A stretch of 64,000 bases of DNA from Nitrospirales bacterium (GTDB lineage Bacteria; Nitrospirota; Nitrospiria; Nitrospirales; UBA8639), in NCBI GenBank assembly GCA_963555755.3, contig OY820905.2, forward strand, positions 1,312,001-1,376,000. The letters are read 5' to 3'. The notes under the pieces were generated by a model. That model saw only the letters and a program-made list of their open reading frames with translations. It made no database searches and was not told where the DNA came from. Within the stretch, counting starts at the first letter, position 1; each line of letters starts with the position of its first letter. Below are positions 8,605-18,000 of this stretch, piece after piece. The position numbers and the translations under genes were made by a program.

Positions 8605-9516
8605 ATGATTAACGGAAAAAACTACTACCAAATCCTAGGCGTTCCTGAAGATGCGCTCCTCAAGGAGGTACAGAATGGATGGCGGAATTATGTCAAGGAA
8701 AATCATGAGGATCTCGTACCGCAATGGGAACGGCCAGCCGCAAAGGAAAGAATGTTCACGATCAACGAAGCCTATGCAGAGCTCAGTAACGAAGAAAAGC
8801 GGGCTGATTACGATAATGGGCATATGCTGAACGGCGGCTCAAAAATAGAACTGGTAAGGAGCAGAGTCCGAAAAGCCAAAGAAATCATTCAAAAAAATAT
8901 CTCTCTCGTTACCCAAGAAGATATTAAAATGATCGAGTCCATCATCGATTACCTTGATAGAAAAACCCAGGAATCGTGTTTTAACCGGATGATTGATATT
9001 TTATGCAAACGCCCTGAGGTCGCAAGATATACTGTTTCCCTAGCATTTGACGAGCAGCTGTATAGCGTGAACACCACGTTGTTTAATACGCTCCTAGAAA
9101 AAGCCTCGTACGCCATTACATTTGAAAAGGTCTATCTCTATGGAGAAGAGATAATTGGAGTTGGCGGAAAGGAGAACAAGGAAAGAAATTACAACCAACT
9201 TGCCCGTGTGCTGTGCCACCGGCTGGATTTGGCACAATACTTTGTATACCCGGCATTTCAGGAGCAAGCCTCCGGTTGTGAAAGCGGCTTGCTTCGAACG
9301 TTGCTAGAGGTAGCACCGGAGGTCATGACACAAGATGATTTCGACAACTATGTTAATTCAGTAAACGACATACGCTGGCATATCCACAGCCAGCTAAGAA
9401 GCTACAACGAGCAAGCCATAGTCTGGATTCTTGATGCGAGACCAGATCTCACAAGAAAGCCAGAGAAGAAAAAACAAAAATTGGAACTGCCATTCCCATT
9501 ACGGTCAGGATCCTGA
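8605..9516 (+). CDS. J-domain-like protein (HED in place of HPD) with helical repeats
   Basis: NYYQILGV...NHED...INEAYAELSNEEKRADYD. Confidence 0.8.
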   Translation: MINGKNYYQILGVPEDALLKEVQNGWRNYVKENHEDLVPQWERPAAKERMFTINEAYAELSNEEKRADYDNGHMLNGGSKIELVRSRVRKAKEIIQKNISLVTQEDIKMIESIIDYLDRKTQESCFNRMIDILCKRPEVARYTVSLAFDEQLYSVNTTLFNTLLEKASYAITFEKVYLYGEEIIGVGGKENKERNYNQLARVLCHRLDLAQYFVYPAFQEQASGCESGLLRTLLEVAPEVMTQDDFDNYVNSVNDIRWHIHSQLRSYNEQAIVWILDARPDLTRKPEKKKQKLELPFPLRSGS

Positions 9517-9570
9517 AGGCAATATTTTTCAACTTCGCGCACTGACCGGGTCGCCTGATGATCCAGAAGC

Positions 9571-9653
9571 AAATGGGGTCGGATTCGATTAAATGGCGGA
9601 CGGCGACCATCTTTAGCCAGAATTGCTATTTTTAATCGAGTCTGACCCCATTT
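9571..9653. repeat. REP-like inverted repeat between convergent genes
   Basis: AAATGGGGTCGGATTCGATTAAA and TTTAATCGAGTCTGACCCCATTT pair at 21/23 positions. Confidence 0.7.
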
Positions 9654-9737
9654 TATCCCTTCGTGTTGTCTACGATGCAGGGAGAATAGTCCGAGAGCAA
9701 AGAGAACGCAAACCGTCGATGCAGTGGTTTTACTGAC

Positions 9738-11729
9738 TCACATCGCCTGCTGGGAAATGCGAATGACGCCTTCCCAAACGGGAAGTATCCGTTCATGAGA
9801 AATGAGTCGAACCTTGTAGACATGTGATGCTATCCGTTCCACGTACACCTTCTCCACGCCGACCCCCTGGTCATGATGATCAAGAATGGTACCGTCGGCA
9901 TCGTAGGCTAACCCATAGAGCAGCGGGTCCTGGTAGACATTATGGTTGTAGGTGGTAATCAGTGGCTGGGCACCGATACCCAATAAGAACTGGATGGACT
10001 CCCCCACCTTCAACGTGAAGTTCCCGAGGATGAAGTTCACGCCATCAGCCCTGTCCACATCATTCGTGAGGCGAAGTTCAACATACCCACTGCCCCACTG
10101 ACGGAACTCAAACCCTGTGAGGTTGCGCAGATACTTGTAATTGAAATACCACCGACCCTCTTCTCGTTCTTTCCCGAATGTTCTCTGATCGCTGTGACCA
10201 GCGTACACCCCGTTGAGGTCAAATTCCGACAGGAACACATCATAGCGGTGGACGTCTGCATACGTTCGGAAATGGTGCGGCACGACCTTTCCGTCATTCT
10301 CGCTGTCGGTCCAATACACCATCGGCCGCACGTGGACCGGTGGTTCAAACCCGGTGGGAATGGGAAGAGCCGGGTCGACGCGAACATAGGTAAGCGGATC
10401 CAGGCCGTGATGGTGGCGATACTCGGATTTGTGTCTGATCTCCAATTCGTACTGCCGAAATGGGATACTCCGACGGTGCACGTCTATCTCTCCGGCAATG
10501 AGCGTACTGTTGGCAAGGGCCTCGCTGCCGGTCGCACGAATCGGTGCAAGTCCTTCGATCGAGACCTCTGGCAACGATTTGATCCAATTCCACGGGAGCA
10601 AGCTGTCCCAGTAACGAGGCCAGGCAAGGCCTCGCACGTCGCTGGAGATTTGAAAGCCCGTGCCCTGCTTACCAATGCCAAAACCATGGAAACGGGTGAG
10701 CATATGACTGTAAAGTTCGTAATGAAAATTAAAATTGGCTCGAAAAAGCGGCCGGCTCAACGCATCCCGCACTTCAACTTCGTAATTGCCGGGTTCACGA
10801 CAATTGTTGGTTATGGTGAGACTCACGATCCTTCGCACGGTGGTAAGATTCATGACCGTGTTGGCCAAGCGTTCGAGGACGGCCCTTCTCTGAAGGATGG
10901 CACCCCTGGTGTCTGCATGGGTTCCGTGTGACTCGATGGCAATTTGCAAGTTGCGATACACCGTTTCCAGTCGGGGAGAGTCTGAACGCTGAAGCTCTCG
11001 GAGCGCACGCTTGAGGGGTGGCAGATCATGAGTATCAACAGGATCGTGGTTGTCAATCAATTGGGCGATGCCCTGACGAAGCGCATGGAGGAGCCGCACG
11101 TCATACGCCAAAGATCGTTCTTCTGCACTCCCTGTCCTAGAAGCCGGGTACACAATCTTGGCCTTGCGGGAAAATTCTGAAAAATAGGCTTGAAGGCTGA
11201 CAAGGTCCTGATCGTCCGAAACCGGGGACAGGGATTGGTGAAGAAATTTTCGAATGTCCAGACCGGGGACAAGAATGGCGGGAGAATCCCCGGAGTTGGG
11301 ATCACCATGGAAGTACAGGTCAAAGACGAAAGGTGAGATGTCGGGGTCCTCCTTCCATGCGAGAGTGACCCATTTTATACGGTCCAATCTCTCGTCATGA
11401 ACCTTGTAGGTATACACAAGGGGCTGGTGATGCAAGGGATAGGTCAGGCTTTCCAAGTAGAATGAAGAACTTCCCTCCCGAGATTGGGATGGGATACCTT
11501 CCACGCTAATAATTTGAAAGTCGGCCTTCGCGGAAAAACCCTCACGGATATTTTCCGTGAAGCGCTCTCGTGATGAGGTAGAGCTCGTCTCTTCCGCTAT
11601 GCCGGGGGTGACGAATGTCAAGAAGCACAGAGCAACAATGGCGAGCATCATTCTGAATATGGTGCTTCGCGCACTCGCTGTTCTTGGCTTTGATGGTTTC
11701 GACATCTTGAAAACCTTCATTTTGACCAA
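9738..11729 (-). CDS. Large hypothetical exported protein
   Basis: 663-codon ORF with signal-peptide-like MMLAIVALCFLTFVTPGIA; no family recognised; start uncertain. Confidence 0.7.
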   Translation of the reverse strand: MVKMKVFKMSKPSKPRTASARSTIFRMMLAIVALCFLTFVTPGIAEETSSTSSRERFTENIREGFSAKADFQIISVEGIPSQSREGSSSFYLESLTYPLHHQPLVYTYKVHDERLDRIKWVTLAWKEDPDISPFVFDLYFHGDPNSGDSPAILVPGLDIRKFLHQSLSPVSDDQDLVSLQAYFSEFSRKAKIVYPASRTGSAEERSLAYDVRLLHALRQGIAQLIDNHDPVDTHDLPPLKRALRELQRSDSPRLETVYRNLQIAIESHGTHADTRGAILQRRAVLERLANTVMNLTTVRRIVSLTITNNCREPGNYEVEVRDALSRPLFRANFNFHYELYSHMLTRFHGFGIGKQGTGFQISSDVRGLAWPRYWDSLLPWNWIKSLPEVSIEGLAPIRATGSEALANSTLIAGEIDVHRRSIPFRQYELEIRHKSEYRHHHGLDPLTYVRVDPALPIPTGFEPPVHVRPMVYWTDSENDGKVVPHHFRTYADVHRYDVFLSEFDLNGVYAGHSDQRTFGKEREEGRWYFNYKYLRNLTGFEFRQWGSGYVELRLTNDVDRADGVNFILGNFTLKVGESIQFLLGIGAQPLITTYNHNVYQDPLLYGLAYDADGTILDHHDQGVGVEKVYVERIASHVYKVRLISHERILPVWEGVIRISQQAM

Positions 11730-11903
11730 ACAAAAAGGAACCCAAGCGGCAGCGCAGTGTCAATTCGTAATCCAGGCATCGGTCTCGTTTCCATCCTGTG
11801 AGAAGGGCCGTTTCAGCCCTTGGCCAAAGATTGCCACACAGTGGGGGATGTGAGTGGTGTGAAGGCCACGGAGTGTTGTTGTCGCTGCCGCCTTTGTGTT
11901 CCA

Positions 11904-12027
11904 CGCCATGTCGACGCCAATAGTGGTACGCTTCATGATGACTCCTCCTTTTGGTTGGAAGCTGGCGGTTTGGTATTCCAGCTTGTCACAGTCGATCCCG
12001 TCCTAAAAGGAGGAGCCCATACCATTA
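11904..12027 (-). mobile_element. IS110-family (IS1111-type) left-end remnant with non-coding region
   Basis: Minus strand TAATGGTATGGGCTCCTCC...AAAAGGAGGAGTCATC then ATG 11936 encoding MKRTTIGVDMA, after which similarity stops. Confidence 0.65.
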
Positions 12028-12102
12028 TGCCCGTGAAGAAACGTCACCCCCGTGAGGATAGTAAATATAGACGCCCCCCTTTCTAATAGAGAGAAGGGTT
12101 AC

Positions 12103-13540
12103 GAGGCAAGCCCACAGTTAGTTGAAATTCTCCACGGCTCCGAGGTTCATATTAGGCAACCTTCTTCATCGAGGTCTTCCCAATGTTTAACTCTTGTTGC
12201 AGTGCCTCACGCAAGCGTGGCAAGTGCCGATAGCCCTTGACTCTGCGGAGCCGTGGCTCGATATCCAGCAACGCCGCGGCCAACCACCGCTGCCGCTGAT
12301 TCGAGTTCGTCCAGCGATCCACCTTGGCACACCGCTCTTCCACCAAGGCATTGATGGATTCCAGACAATTCGTCGTTTTGAAGGACAGACCTACCAGAGC
12401 ACCCCCCCCCAGCCGATGCAACGTCAACGTGTCCTCCAGACCTTCCGCCAAACTCCGAGCCGCCGATTGGTTGCGGTCCTCCAGTTTCGTCTGCAGGTGC
12501 GTGAGTGCGGCTCTCGCTTCCGCATAGGTCGGGCGCTGATACGCCCGTTGAAGCCGGCGTCGCCACGTGGCCTGGTCGCCTTTCGGTACATGGCTGACGA
12601 CATTCTCCCGTTTGTGCCACTGGCACCGCTGCCCCAAGGCTGAGTGGCCAAAGACGTGGCGCACGGCCGCTCGCAGGCCTTTGCCCCCATCAATGATGAC
12701 CACCAACCCCTGGGAACTGGTGAGGCCGCGCTCCCCCAACTCCTGAAGAAAGGGCGTGAGGCCTTGCTCATTTTCCGTTCCCGTTTCCACAAACCCCAGG
12801 ACGTGTTTCTCGCCCGTGAGCGTGATCCCGATCGCCACGACCATCGTCATGTCGGCAACGGTCTTGCCATCGAGAAAGATGGCGACGATGTCTCGCTCAC
12901 GGCGGTCGCGTTCCTGCAGTCCCTTGAGTTGCTTGGCGCTGGCATCCGTAAAACTCCGCGACACCGTCGCGCTTGACAAGCCAATCGCCCCAGGGACTGC
13001 GGCCGCCGCCGCCTCATAGTTCCGGCAGGAAATCCCATACAGCACGCGTTTGAGCCGGACCTCATCCAGCTTACCTGTCCCACGGAGGTGGGGCAGGCGC
13101 TGTAAGGCCATTTCGCCACCCCCCACGTACTGAACGCGAGGAATCGGCAACGGATGCCGTTGCCCCGCCAGCCGGACATTCCCGGGATTACTCCCATGCC
13201 GGCGGCCAGGCAGCCGAGCCCCCTTCCGTTCATCCCGGACCCCGGCCACCGCACACACTTCGTCCTCTAAGAGCTCCTGAATCCGCATCAGATCCAAGGG
13301 GATGAGGGCCTGAATACATTCCACCTTGCTGTTCACATCGAAGGCCTCATACTGCTCGGGCCGAATCACCCGCACGGCCCCCAAGCGGCGCGTCTTCTTG
13401 CTTCTCGTTGTCGTTTTCGCAATACTGCGCATGAAGTGGCTCCTTTTTTTCTGTTGCTGAGATGTCGATTCTTCGTCGAACGCCATCTCACCACAGGTGG
13501 GGGAGCCGCTTCAAATTTCAACTAACATTAGCACACACTC
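12103..13540 (-). mobile_element. IS256-family insertion sequence
   Basis: Inverted core GTTAGTTGAAATT at 12117-12129 and 13514-13526; outer IR bases diverged; no clear target duplication, so ends are approximate. Confidence 0.75.
12152..13432 (-). CDS. IS256/Mutator-family transposase, possibly eroded
   Basis: IFLDGK, IIDGGKGL, QRCQWHKRENV, TTNCLESIN. Confidence 0.88.
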   Translation of the reverse strand: MRSIAKTTTRSKKTRRLGAVRVIRPEQYEAFDVNSKVECIQALIPLDLMRIQELLEDEVCAVAGVRDERKGARLPGRRHGSNPGNVRLAGQRHPLPIPRVQYVGGGEMALQRLPHLRGTGKLDEVRLKRVLYGISCRNYEAAAAAVPGAIGLSSATVSRSFTDASAKQLKGLQERDRRERDIVAIFLDGKTVADMTMVVAIGITLTGEKHVLGFVETGTENEQGLTPFLQELGERGLTSSQGLVVIIDGGKGLRAAVRHVFGHSALGQRCQWHKRENVVSHVPKGDQATWRRRLQRAYQRPTYAEARAALTHLQTKLEDRNQSAARSLAEGLEDTLTLHRLGGGALVGLSFKTTNCLESINALVEERCAKVDRWTNSNQRQRWLAAALLDIEPRLRRVKGYRHLPRLREALQQELNIGKTSMKKVA

Positions 13541-13910
13541 CCTTAGCTTAAAATACTTGGCCTTTTCAAGTTTCTCAGGTTTTGTTTCAGGGTTTCAAGG
13601 GTCGAAAGAATTTTCATGCTAAAGCGTCACTAAAGAGTACCTAAGTAAGAAAATACCCCACCTTTTGCGCAAATTACGATTGATTGATTCCTGCTGATTC
13701 GAGAAACTCAGCTAACAGCATTTCACCAGGATGAAATGGATTTTGGGGTTGTTTCTTTGCCATCCTTCGTTCACCAGTCTATTTGTGATAATGGGGCCTG
13801 TTGAAAAAGTCCGCGATTCGGAATCTTTTCAAAACCAGCATTTGAGAAACAATTGAAGATGCATTTTTTTATTTTTGGCCAGAGACCAAACACAGCAGCA
13901 ATTTACCATG

Positions 13911-13930
13911 TGGTATCATATATAATACCA
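13911..13930 (+). promoter_or_regulatory. Palindromic operator overlapping -10 of the TA operon
   Basis: TGGTAT-N8-ATACCA overlapping TATAAT at 13921-13926. Confidence 0.55.
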
Positions 13931-13936
13931 TGAGCG

Positions 13937-14359
13937 ATGCCTCCAGTTGTCTTGGATACCAATATACTCGTCACAGCTCTAAGGTCCAATCTCGGGGCTT
14001 CCTTTCAGGTCTTGTCCGCTGTGGGGACTGGAAAATTCGACATTACCCTTTCTGTGCCTCTTCTTCTAGAGTATGAAGAATTTTTATTGCGGGAAAGCTA
14101 TCATCTCAAACTCTCAAAAAATGACATACAAGACCTTCTGGATTACCTCTGTCGCGTCGCATTTCATCAGGATATCTTTTATCTATGGCGCCCAATATTA
14201 CCAGACCCACAAGACGATCACATTTTAGAACTTGCCATCGCAGCCGGATGCCATACCATTATCACCTATAACCGTCGAGACTTTGTGGGAGTGGAAAAAT
14301 TTGGCCTAAAAATTCTGACTCCCGCAGAGTTCCTCGCAAGCCTGGGAGAACTGAAATGA
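13937..14359 (+). CDS. PIN-domain toxin
   Basis: VVLDTNILV, EYEE, DPQDDHILELA, IITYNRRDF. Confidence 0.9.
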   Translation: MPPVVLDTNILVTALRSNLGASFQVLSAVGTGKFDITLSVPLLLEYEEFLLRESYHLKLSKNDIQDLLDYLCRVAFHQDIFYLWRPILPDPQDDHILELAIAAGCHTIITYNRRDFVGVEKFGLKILTPAEFLASLGELK

Positions 14360-14634
14360 GCACCTTGAGCTTGAGACTTCCCACCTCCCTCCATAATAAA
14401 TTAAGCGAACTGGCCAAAAAAGAGGGGATCTCCATCAACCAGATTATTAATTCTGCCGTCGCTGAAAAAATGTCAGCCCTCATGACCGCAGAATATTTAC
14501 AAGAACGTGCCAAGCGGGGAAATCGCAAGAAATTCGATGCGGTACTTGCCAAAATCCCGCGTTCGAAGCCAGACGAACTGGACCATCTGACAAAAACCTC
14601 ACCTCGTAAACGGCCCAGACGAATGAGCAGCTAG
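14356..14634 (+). CDS. Ribbon-helix-helix (HicB-like) antitoxin
   Basis: LSLRLPTSLHNKLSELAKKEGISINQII; ATGA overlap with the toxin. Confidence 0.85.
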   Translation: MSTLSLRLPTSLHNKLSELAKKEGISINQIINSAVAEKMSALMTAEYLQERAKRGNRKKFDAVLAKIPRSKPDELDHLTKTSPRKRPRRMSS

Positions 14635-14696
14635 AATCTTTTAAATAAAGATCCCAGCCACAAGCAACAGGGTATTTTAAGGAAACCCTTTGATTT

Positions 14697-14778
14697 AAAA
14701 ATCCCCCTAACCCCCTTTTCCAAAGGGGGGACTTCAATGGTAACCCCGTCGCAAAGCATCGGGAAATAACGAGATTCA
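14697..14778. repeat. 82-bp REP-containing direct repeat, copy 1
   Basis: 77/82 identical to 16901-16982; core also at 44242-44273. Confidence 0.85.
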
Positions 14779-14857
14779 CAAGAACGATCTGTTAAAAAAT
14801 GACGATACCCATTTATTCCAGTGGTCCCAATCAAAGACACCGGAATTTTCTCCACCG

Positions 14858-15934
14858 TTAACTCAACGCCACGGCTTTGAAGTGGGCGTGGACTTTCTGG
14901 CCTGGTTGGAGGTCAAGTTGGTGATAGGATTTTCTGGTGATCATGGCTAGGAGGGGGCAGCCCACGTCTAGTTTTACTTCCATGGCGTATTGATCTCTTG
15001 GGGACTCTTCGATTTCGACCACTGTTGCTTCTAAAGAATTTAGCACGCTGCTGGATGCAGCTGGTACGCCGACGACAAGACTGACATCTCGGGCGTGAAT
15101 TTGTATTCGTAACGGTGCTCCCACAGGAAGTTCCTGTTTTGGGATGAAGAGTGATCGCCCTGCAAATTCCACTCGGGTTAGGCCAAACTCTGGCTCATGA
15201 TCGGCAATCCGGGTTTCGAGGATTGCCCCGACTATATTGGGTTCGACCAAACCTGGCAGGTCCAAGCGAGCAAAGACTTCTTGAATCGGTCCGGTGGCCA
15301 CGACTTTCCCTTCTTTGATTAAGACCATGTGATTGGCCAGTTGTAAAATCTCGTTGAGATCGTGGCTGACATAGAGAACCGGGATTTGTAATTCCTGATT
15401 CAGCCGCTGGATAAATGGAAGAATTTCCTTCTTCCGTTCTTGATCAAGTGAAGCCAGCGGTTCATCCATCAAGAGGAGTTGCGGACTGGTTAACAGTGCC
15501 CGCCCAATGGCCACACGCTGCTGTTCCCCGCCTGAGAGATGATGTGATCGGTGCTCGAGGAGCCTTTCCAGACCTAACAACCCAACAACTTGATCGAAGG
15601 CAATACGGCGATCCAATGCTTGGATCCGCTTCATTCCATATTCGAGATTCTGTTTGGCGTTGAGATGCGGAAACAGTCGAGCATCCTGGAACACCACGCC
15701 TACCCGTCTTTGTTGGATGGGCACAAACGTGTGTTCATCTTGCCAAATGTCTTGGCCGAACTTGAGATACCCCGACGACGCGCGCATCAATCCAGCAATG
15801 CAACGTAGCAGCGTGGTCTTTCCACTCCCTGACGCCCCAAAGATGGCAACTGTTCCATCAAGCGGCATGATGCAATCCACATCAAAGTGAAAGCCGGGAT
15901 AATTAATTTTAAATCGTGCGTCGAGTTGGCTCAT
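14858..15934 (-). CDS. modC: Molybdate ABC transporter ATPase
   Basis: GASGSGKT, VFQDARLFPHL, LSGGEQQR, LMDEP, C-terminal TOBE with SSVLN. Confidence 0.95.
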   Translation of the reverse strand: MSQLDARFKINYPGFHFDVDCIMPLDGTVAIFGASGSGKTTLLRCIAGLMRASSGYLKFGQDIWQDEHTFVPIQQRRVGVVFQDARLFPHLNAKQNLEYGMKRIQALDRRIAFDQVVGLLGLERLLEHRSHHLSGGEQQRVAIGRALLTSPQLLLMDEPLASLDQERKKEILPFIQRLNQELQIPVLYVSHDLNEILQLANHMVLIKEGKVVATGPIQEVFARLDLPGLVEPNIVGAILETRIADHEPEFGLTRVEFAGRSLFIPKQELPVGAPLRIQIHARDVSLVVGVPAASSSVLNSLEATVVEIEESPRDQYAMEVKLDVGCPLLAMITRKSYHQLDLQPGQKVHAHFKAVALS

Positions 15935-16614
15935 GAGACATGTATGGGCAACCGTCGATTGACCGTGTACACGATCGTGAGAATGATGAAACTGAAAATC
16001 AAAAGGAATGCCGAAAGAAAGTGCGCTTGGGAATATTCAAGCACTTCGACGTGATCGTAGATTGCAATGGAGAGGACTTTAGTCACGCCCGGGATATTGC
16101 CACCGACCATGAGAACCACACCAAACTCACCGAGCGTATGGGCGAAGCCTAATACAATAGCGCTCAAATATCCTCGAATGGCCATGGGGGAGGCCACACT
16201 GAAAAATGCATCGAGTTTTGAGGCGCCCAGCGCCCAGGCTGCTTCCAGGGGATTTTTCCCAACAGCTTCGAAAGCCCCATGCAGGGGTTGAACGACGAAG
16301 GGAAGCGAATAGAACGCCGAGGCGATAACCAGCCCAGTAAAGGTAAAGGAGAGCGGTGATCCCGTGAGATCCATCCATGGCCCACCAATCCAGCCCAGTG
16401 GCCCAAGTGCAATCAGAAGGTAAAATCCCAAAACGGTCGGGGGAAGAACGATGGGCAACGCCACCACGGCTTCGACCAAGGTTCTCAACCGCGACTTGGT
16501 GAAGGCTAGCCACCATGCCAGGGGTGTGCCGACAACCAACAACACGCCGACTGTCACCGCTGCGAGTTGCATGGTTAACCACAAGGGATTCCAATCCATT
16601 TCGGGCATGCTCAT
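15931..16614 (-). CDS. modB: Molybdate ABC transporter permease
   Basis: LPIVLPPTVLGFYLL, YSLPFVVQP, FAHTLGEFGVVLMVGGNIPG. Confidence 0.95.
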   Translation of the reverse strand: MSMPEMDWNPLWLTMQLAAVTVGVLLVVGTPLAWWLAFTKSRLRTLVEAVVALPIVLPPTVLGFYLLIALGPLGWIGGPWMDLTGSPLSFTFTGLVIASAFYSLPFVVQPLHGAFEAVGKNPLEAAWALGASKLDAFFSVASPMAIRGYLSAIVLGFAHTLGEFGVVLMVGGNIPGVTKVLSIAIYDHVEVLEYSQAHFLSAFLLIFSFIILTIVYTVNRRLPIHVS

Positions 16615-16697
16615 CTTTCCCCTCCTGGCTTTTCCTTATCGAGAATTTCGCAGCAGGAGATTTCTCTCTTTTCTCCGGCGCACGGCTTAAAAGACAA

Positions 16698-16732
16698 CCC
16701 CTCACCCCAGCCCTCTCCCCTCAGGGGCGAGG
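16698..16732. repeat. REP-like element
   Basis: CCCCTCACCCCAGCCCTCTCCCCTCAGGGGCGAGG; related copy with an inserted hairpin at about 40002-40057. Confidence 0.6.
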
Positions 16733-16900
16733 AAGAATTAAGGGCATAGGGCCAGCCTATACATACTCTAAAGGCCAAATAATGTTGAACAGTTTTCATA
16801 ACAGCCACTCCCGCATCCTCCTACCCACAGGGAATTTCCTCCCCTCGCCCCAATAAAGGTCCCGCATCAAGCAGCGGGAAATTTAAAGGAAAAAATGATT

Positions 16901-16982
16901 AAAAATCCCCCTAACCCCCTTTTCCAAAGGGGGGACCTCAATGGTTACCCCGTCGCAGAGCACCGGGGAATAACGAGATTCA
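16901..16982. repeat. 82-bp REP-containing direct repeat, copy 2, overlapping the modA stop
   Basis: Matches 14697-14778. Confidence 0.85.
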
Positions 16983-17741
16983 TTCCAATCCATATCCGAA
17001 CCGTTCAATAATTTTGCGAGCTTTTGTTCCTGTGACAAAGGCTAAGAAAGCCTTGGCGGCTTGGTTGTGTTGACCTCTGACAAGGAGCACGGCTTGTTGG
17101 CGCACCGGAGCATGCAGATTCACTGGCACATCCCAGCGACTCCCCGCCCCATTGATTTTTGGATCTAACACTTGAGAAAGGGCAACAAACCCCAGTTGGG
17201 CATTTTGGGAAAAAACAAATTGGAAAGTCTGCCCGATATTTTCGCCTCGGACAATTCGACTCTTCATGTGATTCCAAAGTCCTAATGCTTGTAGCGTGGT
17301 TTTGGCAGCGGTACCATACGGCGCAGTCTTGGGATTGGCAATGGCCAGATGGGTAAAGCTGCCATTCGATAGCACGAGTTTTCCCTCCCCTGTAACCAGG
17401 TTGGAATCAGGACTCCACAACGTCAATCGTCCCACCGCGTAGGTAAACCGACTGCCTTCAACCGCGAGCCCTTCCTCTTCCATCAATCTTGGACGCCTGC
17501 CATCGGCAGATAAGAACACATCGAATGGAGCGCCATTCCTAATTTGTGCATACAGTTTTCCGCTGGACCCTGAGCTGACGACAGCGGTGTGCCCTGTGTC
17601 TCGATCAAAATTGACAACAATTTCATGCAGAGTCGCCAAAAAATTGGTTGCGACAGCGACACGTACCTCTTCCGCTGACGCTGAGGCCAGAAAGATATTG
17701 AAAAAGAAAATGAAAGCAAAAGTATGTATTTTCATAATCAT
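16980..17741 (-). CDS. modA: Molybdate-binding periplasmic protein
   Basis: Signal peptide; GSSGKLYAQIRNGAPFDVFLSAD; IANPKTAPYG. Confidence 0.95.
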   Translation of the reverse strand: MIMKIHTFAFIFFFNIFLASASAEEVRVAVATNFLATLHEIVVNFDRDTGHTAVVSSGSSGKLYAQIRNGAPFDVFLSADGRRPRLMEEEGLAVEGSRFTYAVGRLTLWSPDSNLVTGEGKLVLSNGSFTHLAIANPKTAPYGTAAKTTLQALGLWNHMKSRIVRGENIGQTFQFVFSQNAQLGFVALSQVLDPKINGAGSRWDVPVNLHAPVRQQAVLLVRGQHNQAAKAFLAFVTGTKARKIIERFGYGLE

Positions 17742-17874
17742 GACATAGTCCCCTGCTTTTCACCTTTCCCACTCAGTGTTTTCTTCAATCGATAAGAAAT
17801 AACATTTCATCTCTCCACCCATTTCAGGTGAATTGCAATTGAAGTCGGTCACCGTTACAAAAAATCCTTCTTCT

Positions 17875-17966
17875 GTCATCCTCGCAGTTTTTAGCGGGGA
17901 TCCATCTTCTCCACCCCCTAGCAGACAGGGCCAGATGGATTCCCGCTAACTACCGGCGGGAATGAC
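17875..17966. repeat. REP-like inverted pair
   Basis: GTCATCCTCGC..TAGCGGGGATCCATC and GATGGATTCCCGCTA..GCGGGAATGAC; half copy near 55812. Confidence 0.65.
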
Positions 17967-18000
17967 GCGAGCAACTCTACATACCCTTTTACCCACGGCC

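Noticed and set aside
17742..18000. Moco riboswitch or ModE box upstream of modA
   Set aside because: Only a REP-like pair is evident; a covariance search would be needed to exclude it fully.
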